A DNA stretch of 11,270 nt from contig CAZNJA010000044.1 of NCBI GenBank assembly GCA_964573245.1, positions 1-11,270 of the forward strand. The letters are read 5' to 3'. The stretch is from an uncultured bacterium. Its GTDB lineage: Bacteria > CAIJMQ01. The translations under genes and the position numbers were made by a program. Shown one piece after another: positions 6,558 to 11,270 of the stretch. Numbering within the stretch: the first letter of the stretch is position 1; each line of letters starts with the position of its first letter. The notes under the pieces were generated by a model that did not search any database, was not told the DNA's origin, and was given only the letters and a program-made list of their open reading frames with translations.

Positions 6558-7469
6558 TTATGCGGGAAAATTGCAATAACATATTGGAGCGGATTCTGAG
6601 CCGTAAATAAAATGATTACATTTGGAACATTTTAGAAAATGGTTTGTTGGCGATGTGTTTTTAAATCTTTTATTATCCCTTAACATTCTTATTTCTTCAA
6701 ACATCCATTCCGGTTTGCGTCCTTGCCATGGCATTGACTCGACCATAAGGGGTCTTTGATAGTTTATGCTTTCAACTAAAGCGAAAAATTCCGTCCAGTC
6801 TATATTTCCATATGGCGGCTGTAGATGCATATCTTTTGTTCCGTCGTTGTCGTGGATATGAAAATCGAAGATTTTATCTTTGATTGTATTGAAGGTTTTT
6901 GACACTCCGTCACCTACATTGGCGTGTCCCGTATCGAAACATACGCCTAAAAAAGGCGAATGGAATTCGTCCAGCAATTTTTTTGTTGTTTCTATTTTTT
7001 CGAACGGGCGCGCAGGGAGCATATTTTCAATGGCGAGTTTTATTTGCAAATTCTCCGCGTTTTTAATGAGGACTTCCAAACTTTTCCTGAATATTTTTTC
7101 TTTTAGAGGAATTTCCGATTCTTTATCCGGTCTGCTTCCGGGATGAATGGTGAGGATTTTTGTTTTTGTAACAGCCATTCTTTGCATAACTTCAATGTGT
7201 TCGTTTAAGGTTTTTTTTCTTATGAGAATATTTCCACTTGCGAGGTCTTTGCCTTCACCGAACGGCGCATGAACCGAAGAGATGATTATATTTCTGTCTG
7301 ATAAGTCCTGATTTAATTGGGCAAGTTTTTGCGGCGTTTTTCCCAACAAAAACGAACCGTGCGGCTCTATTTCCTGGACTTGGGCTTTGTGGAGGGTTTC
7401 TATAATTTTATAGAATTCTCCTTGCAGGTAAAATTTTTCCAGTTGGGGGATGACGAGTCCTAATTCCAT
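6558..7469 (-). CDS. Sugar phosphate isomerase/epimerase (xylose-isomerase-like/AP endonuclease 2 TIM barrel) with C-terminal Cys cluster
   Basis: SVHAPF, TIHPG, LAIENM, CFDTGHAN, FHIHDNDG..D.HL.P..G.IDW and VE metal-site motifs. Confidence 0.88.
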   Translation of the reverse strand: MELGLVIPQLEKFYLQGEFYKIIETLHKAQVQEIEPHGSFLLGKTPQKLAQLNQDLSDRNIIISSVHAPFGEGKDLASGNILIRKKTLNEHIEVMQRMAVTKTKILTIHPGSRPDKESEIPLKEKIFRKSLEVLIKNAENLQIKLAIENMLPARPFEKIETTKKLLDEFHSPFLGVCFDTGHANVGDGVSKTFNTIKDKIFDFHIHDNDGTKDMHLQPPYGNIDWTEFFALVESINYQRPLMVESMPWQGRKPEWMFEEIRMLRDNKRFKNTSPTNHFLKCSKCNHFIYGSESAPICYCNFPA

Positions 7470-7508
7470 CGTATAGGTTTAGTTTTTGTGGAAAGCTTTA
7501 AACGGGGT

Positions 7509-9473
7509 TTAAGATTTCTTTATGTTGGACAATATTGTTTTTACTATGCTTTCCTCGTCCATGCCGAATATCTTATAAAGTTCTTCAGGCTTTCCTGATT
7601 GTCCGTATTTATCCACACCCAGCCTTATGAATTTTACCGAAAGGGATTCTTCGGCCAATACCTGTGCTACCATAGAACCTAATCCTGTATATTTATTGTG
7701 GTCCTCAAGCGTTACAATAGTTCCCGTTTCTGCGGCTTGTTTGACTGCTTCTTTATCTATATCGCAGGGACAGGACATGTTCAAAACTTTTACGGATATA
7801 CCTTTTTGTTTCAGTAATTCCGATGCTTTGACCGCTTTTTCCGCTATTGCTCCGCAGACTATTATTGTTGCGTCTTTTCCGTCCTGCAAAATATCGGCTT
7901 TTCCGTATTGGAACTGGTAGTTTTCGCCGAATATGGGGTTTTTGTTTTCGTCAAGAAGCGGAATAAGTTTTGACCTTCCCATAATAACAACGAAGTTGCC
8001 TTTTTCTTTTGCTATGTATCTTATTGCTCTGTCGGTTTGGTTTGGGTCCGCAGGAACGATAACTTTATATCCGAAGAGATTTTTTATAACGCCGATGTAG
8101 TCTATGCATTGATGCGTTTTTCCGTCTTCTCCAACATCTAAACCGCAATGCGTGCATACAACCTTTAAATTAGTATGGTTTATGTCGTTTAATCTATGCT
8201 GATTATAAGTTTCGTCCACGCCGAATACTCCGAAATCGGCAAAGAAAGTTACTATGCCTTCGGTTGAAATAGCTCCCGCAATCGTTGCGGTGTTATGTTC
8301 CTGAATGCCGCCTTGTAAGAAATTGCACGAACATTCTTTTGCAAACGAGTTTGTTTTCACGGAAGTTGCCAAGTCACAATCCAAGACCGAAATAAGATTT
8401 TTGTTTTTGGCGTTCCCGCCTGCTTGCTTCGCATCGAAGCGGGCAGGGAAATTACGTTTTCCCATATCGGCTAAAGCTTTGCCGAAAGCGCTCCTGTTGT
8501 CTGTTTTGTCCGCGGCAGTATATGTAAACGGTTCCCCCGTATCTATGTCTATTTTCAGCTCGGGCCTTTTCTTCAGTTGCGGTGCGTGGTAATCCGCTCT
8601 CATTCTCTTGTATTTGTCCAGGTCGTCTTCCAAGCCGAGTTCTTTTATTGCTTGTTTATATTCTTCCAAGTTTAACGGCTTGCCGTGATATTCGTGTTTG
8701 TTTTCTATGAAAGATATGCCCTTGCCCATGGCGGTGCGGGCAATAATTGCGACTAATTTGTCTTTGCTTTGGGCTCCTTCCCTCAAGGCTTTGTAAATTT
8801 CTCTGTAGTCGTGTCCGTTGATTTCTATGACTTTCCACCCGTCCGATTCATAGTTTTTCTTTATGTTTTGAGGCATTATGTCGTGAATCCAACCGGAAAT
8901 CTGCAATTGATTGTAATCTATAATAGTAGTTAAGTTTGTAAGATTATATTTAATGGCAAACCTTCTTGCCTCTGATATTTGTCCTTTTGCTTGTTCGCCG
9001 TCGCCCATCACCGTAAACACGTTCCAGTCTTCTTTTTTAATTCTTGAAGCAATCGCAAAACCGCATCCTGCTGAAAGCCCCTGCCCTAAATTCCCGGTTG
9101 ACCATTCGACGCCCGGAACGTCTCTTTCTACATGTCCTTCAAAGGGGGTATTGATTTTTCTGAACCCCGCTATTGCGTCATCCGTGTTTACGAATTTTAT
9201 TCTCCCCAGTGCTGAATATACGCCGGGAGAAATATGCCCGCACGATACTACGATTCTGTCTCTTAAAGGATTATAAGGGTCTTTTGGGTCGACATTTGCG
9301 TAGGAAAATAAAGTTACAAGAATGTCTATTAAAGACAAAGAACCGCCCGGATGTCCCGAAGCCGCAAGCGTTGTCATCTTGATTATATCGCCCCTGCAAA
9401 GTCGGGCGATTTCTTCCAGTTTTTTCACTTCTTCATCTTTTAATCTGCTGTCTAAAAAGCCTTTTTCTTTCAT
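7509..9473 (-). CDS. tkt: Transketolase (full-length, 654 aa)
   Basis: SGHPGGSLS, DRIVVSCGH, STGNLGQG, ThDP motif GDGEQ..G...N, HGKP, IQEH, VGEDGKTHQ and LEDH. ATGA overlap with the porB stop. Confidence 0.95.
   Translation of the reverse strand: MKEKGFLDSRLKDEEVKKLEEIARLCRGDIIKMTTLAASGHPGGSLSLIDILVTLFSYANVDPKDPYNPLRDRIVVSCGHISPGVYSALGRIKFVNTDDAIAGFRKINTPFEGHVERDVPGVEWSTGNLGQGLSAGCGFAIASRIKKEDWNVFTVMGDGEQAKGQISEARRFAIKYNLTNLTTIIDYNQLQISGWIHDIMPQNIKKNYESDGWKVIEINGHDYREIYKALREGAQSKDKLVAIIARTAMGKGISFIENKHEYHGKPLNLEEYKQAIKELGLEDDLDKYKRMRADYHAPQLKKRPELKIDIDTGEPFTYTAADKTDNRSAFGKALADMGKRNFPARFDAKQAGGNAKNKNLISVLDCDLATSVKTNSFAKECSCNFLQGGIQEHNTATIAGAISTEGIVTFFADFGVFGVDETYNQHRLNDINHTNLKVVCTHCGLDVGEDGKTHQCIDYIGVIKNLFGYKVIVPADPNQTDRAIRYIAKEKGNFVVIMGRSKLIPLLDENKNPIFGENYQFQYGKADILQDGKDATIIVCGAIAEKAVKASELLKQKGISVKVLNMSCPCDIDKEAVKQAAETGTIVTLEDHNKYTGLGSMVAQVLAEESLSVKFIRLGVDKYGQSGKPEELYKIFGMDEESIVKTILSNIKKS
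8415..8447. repeat. 33-bp palindromic element in frame inside tkt
   Basis: cccgcctgcttgcttcg-cat-cgaagcgggcagg: 13-bp stem (8419-8431/8435-8447, two G-T pairs) and 3-nt loop; equals codons 343-353, PARFDAKQAGG. Confidence 0.7.
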
Positions 9474-10426
9474 TTTGCGTCCCCTTCTTTCTCTTGAGGC
9501 TGGCTATTCTCCATCTTAAGAAGTTTGTTCCATTTTTTATCTATATCTTCTTGTATGTCGGCGATTATTGCTTCGTTGCCTTTCTTGAAAAGATGTTTGA
9601 ACCTGTCCTGAAGCTTCAATAGTTCCGCGATGGGTTTTTTCTCTTTTGGTTTATATGTAATTTTATATTTGCCTTCTTCGACTTCATATAAGGGCCAGAA
9701 GCAGGTATCAGCGGCAAGTCTTCCTATTTGAAGCGTTTTTTCGGGAGCGTATCCCCAACCGAGACGGCATGGAGATAATACGTTGATAAAACTCGGGCCG
9801 TCTTTCGAAAGTGCTTTCTGAACTTTCGTCGTCAAATCTCTCCAGTCGCCCACGACACTTTGAGCGGCATATGGAATATTGTGTGCGACCATTATTTCGG
9901 TTAAGTCTTTGCGTATTTGCTCTTTGCCGGGTTTTACTTTCCCGACAGGCGATGTGGTTGTATACCCGCCCTTTGGGGTGGCTGAAGAACGCTGAATGCC
10001 TGTGTTCATATACGCCTGATTGTTATAACAGACATAAAGCATTCTGTGTCCTCTCTCCATGGCGCCTGACAGCGATTGAAGCCCGATATCATATGTTCCG
10101 CCGTCTCCGCCGAAAGCGATAAAATTAATCTTTTCGTTTACGGGCAATTTACCTTGTTTTTTCAATGATTCATAGGCAGACTCTATCCCGCTGCATGTTG
10201 CGGCCGCATTTTCAAAGGCACTATGCATCCACGGCATTTCCCATGCAGTATAAGGGAATATAGTTGTGGCTACTTCAAGACAACCGGTTGCGCAAGTTGC
10301 CACTATGGGCTTTGGCGCCGCCAAAAGGACTTGTCTTGCGATAATACTCGCACCGCACCCCGAACATAATCTATGTCCGCCGGATAGTAACTCTTTTTCT
10401 TTAGCTAATTCTTTTAAAGTTGGCAT
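9470..10426 (-). CDS. porB: Pyruvate:ferredoxin oxidoreductase beta subunit
   Basis: GHRLCSGCG, ATGCLEV, FENAAA, GGDGGTYDIG.QSLSG, YMNTGIQRS, SPC..GW and FWPLYE motifs; SD GGAGGT at 10432-10437. Substrate specificity among 2-oxoacids is inferred. Confidence 0.92.
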   Translation of the reverse strand: MPTLKELAKEKELLSGGHRLCSGCGASIIARQVLLAAPKPIVATCATGCLEVATTIFPYTAWEMPWMHSAFENAAATCSGIESAYESLKKQGKLPVNEKINFIAFGGDGGTYDIGLQSLSGAMERGHRMLYVCYNNQAYMNTGIQRSSATPKGGYTTTSPVGKVKPGKEQIRKDLTEIMVAHNIPYAAQSVVGDWRDLTTKVQKALSKDGPSFINVLSPCRLGWGYAPEKTLQIGRLAADTCFWPLYEVEEGKYKITYKPKEKKPIAELLKLQDRFKHLFKKGNEAIIADIQEDIDKKWNKLLKMENSQPQEKEGDAK

Positions 10427-10442
10427 TATTTACCTCCAAATT

Positions 10443-10611
10443 AAATATCAAATATCAAAAATCAAATATACATACTAAAATTCAAAAAGCTGGAAATTTT
10501 AAATTTTGATTTGTCATTTTGCCCCGAGAAATCCAAAGGATTTCCGGGACTCAGTCCCTGAAATTGTTTCACAATTTCTAGGGGCATTTTAACTTTTGCA
10601 TTTTAAATTTT
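10443..10611. repeat. Two-armed heptad inverted-repeat element filling the porA-porB intergenic region
   Basis: A-rich arm 10443-10487 and T-rich arm 10497-10611 (interrupted by a GC-rich insert) share the layout heptads + CAWAYYAAAAT + TYAAAA in opposite orientations. Confidence 0.7.
10521..10585. mobile_element. 65-bp three-hairpin palindromic element (MITE/REP-like), nested in the heptad arm
   Basis: Termini gcccc/ggggc; hairpins gaaatcc-aaa-ggatttc, gggac-tca-gtccc and gaaattgt-ttc-acaatttc; flanked by atttt on both sides. Mobility is inferred. Confidence 0.55.
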
Positions 10612-10613
10612 CT

Positions 10614-11270
10614 TTACTCCCTCACCCCTATATAATTAATAAGGTTTTCTATTTTTCCTGTTGCCGCGATTTTTTCCAAATCTTTATAAACATTTTCGAT
10701 GTCTTCTACGAAAATATCTCTTCCGCCTAACCCGTATATGTAATTGACTGCTTTGGAATTCTTGCCATAAGCGTATAAAGCGGACGAGATTTCCGTAAAT
10801 GCAGGGGCAGTATAAGCATTTATTCCAGCCGAGCGGTCCAAAACAGCAACCGCTTTTAATTTGGATAACGCTTCGCTTATTTCTTTAGCAGGGAACGGTC
10901 TGAAAACACGGATTTTCAAAAGTCCCACTTTTTTGCCCTGTTTTCTTAAATTGTTCACTGCCACTTTTGCCGTTCCAGCGGTAGAGCCGATAACTGCTAT
11001 CGCGGTTTCCGCGTCGTCCATCATGTATTCTTCAAAGAGCCCATAATCGCGTCCGAAAGTCTTTTGGAATTCTTTGGCTATTTTCAGGATAACGGGCGTT
11101 GCGTTGTTCATTGCTTCTATTTGCGAGCGCTTGTGTTCGAAATAATAATCCGTGAAATCTATCGCTCCGATTGTAATCGGATGTTTTATGTCCAATAAGG
11201 GGTGAGCAGGTTTGTATTTACCGATAAAATCCTGGATTTCTTTGTTGTCAAAAGTTTCCACTGCTTCCAT
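10614..11270 (-). CDS. porA: Pyruvate:ferredoxin oxidoreductase alpha subunit, C-terminal part (5' truncated by window)
   Basis: YYFEHK, FGRDYGLFEEY..DDAE, GSTAGT, KVGLLKIRVFRPFP, VLDRS and YIYGLGGRD motifs; lies directly upstream of porB. Confidence 0.92.
   Translation of the reverse strand: MEAVETFDNKEIQDFIGKYKPAHPLLDIKHPITIGAIDFTDYYFEHKRSQIEAMNNATPVILKIAKEFQKTFGRDYGLFEEYMMDDAETAIAVIGSTAGTAKVAVNNLRKQGKKVGLLKIRVFRPFPAKEISEALSKLKAVAVLDRSAGINAYTAPAFTEISSALYAYGKNSKAVNYIYGLGGRDIFVEDIENVYKDLEKIAATGKIENLINYIGVRE

Noticed and set aside
10521-10585. Cloverleaf considered as a tRNA or tRNA fragment
   Set aside because: The loops are 3 nt, and there is no TTCG T-loop, 7-nt anticodon loop or CCA.
412-11046. 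Antisense or alternate-frame ORFs within the main genes (e.g. 412-657, 3051-3399, 3575-3979, 4218-4469, 6188-6610, 7627-9519, 9811-10478, 10861-11046)
   Set aside because: They lie within or opposite well-supported conserved genes and show no recognisable motifs.

Overview
An AT-rich bacterial chromosome segment, probably from an anaerobe given porAB, made mostly of housekeeping genes. Plus strand: the 3' end of metK, a GuaB3-type IMP dehydrogenase, a degenerate HD-domain gene and rpe. Minus strand: coaD, DUF167-dtd, a DUF362 gene, tRNA-Ser(GCT), a flavodoxin plus an orphan receiver domain, and a porA(partial)-porB-transketolase-TIM-barrel isomerase operon. No transposase, integrase or CRISPR array is visible. 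The most unusual signal is non-coding: two classes of small dispersed elements. (1) AT-rich 7-bp-period arrays sit directly after stop codons at 1535-1586, 2185-2226 and 10443-10611; the last is a two-armed inverted structure. (2) GC-rich palindromic elements occur in three contexts: an exactly in-frame 33-bp hairpin inside the transketolase gene, a 65-bp three-hairpin cloverleaf nested in a heptad arm, and a hairpin cluster abutting and base-pairing with the tRNA-Ser CCA end. The structures are read directly from the sequence; their mobility and common origin are inference.
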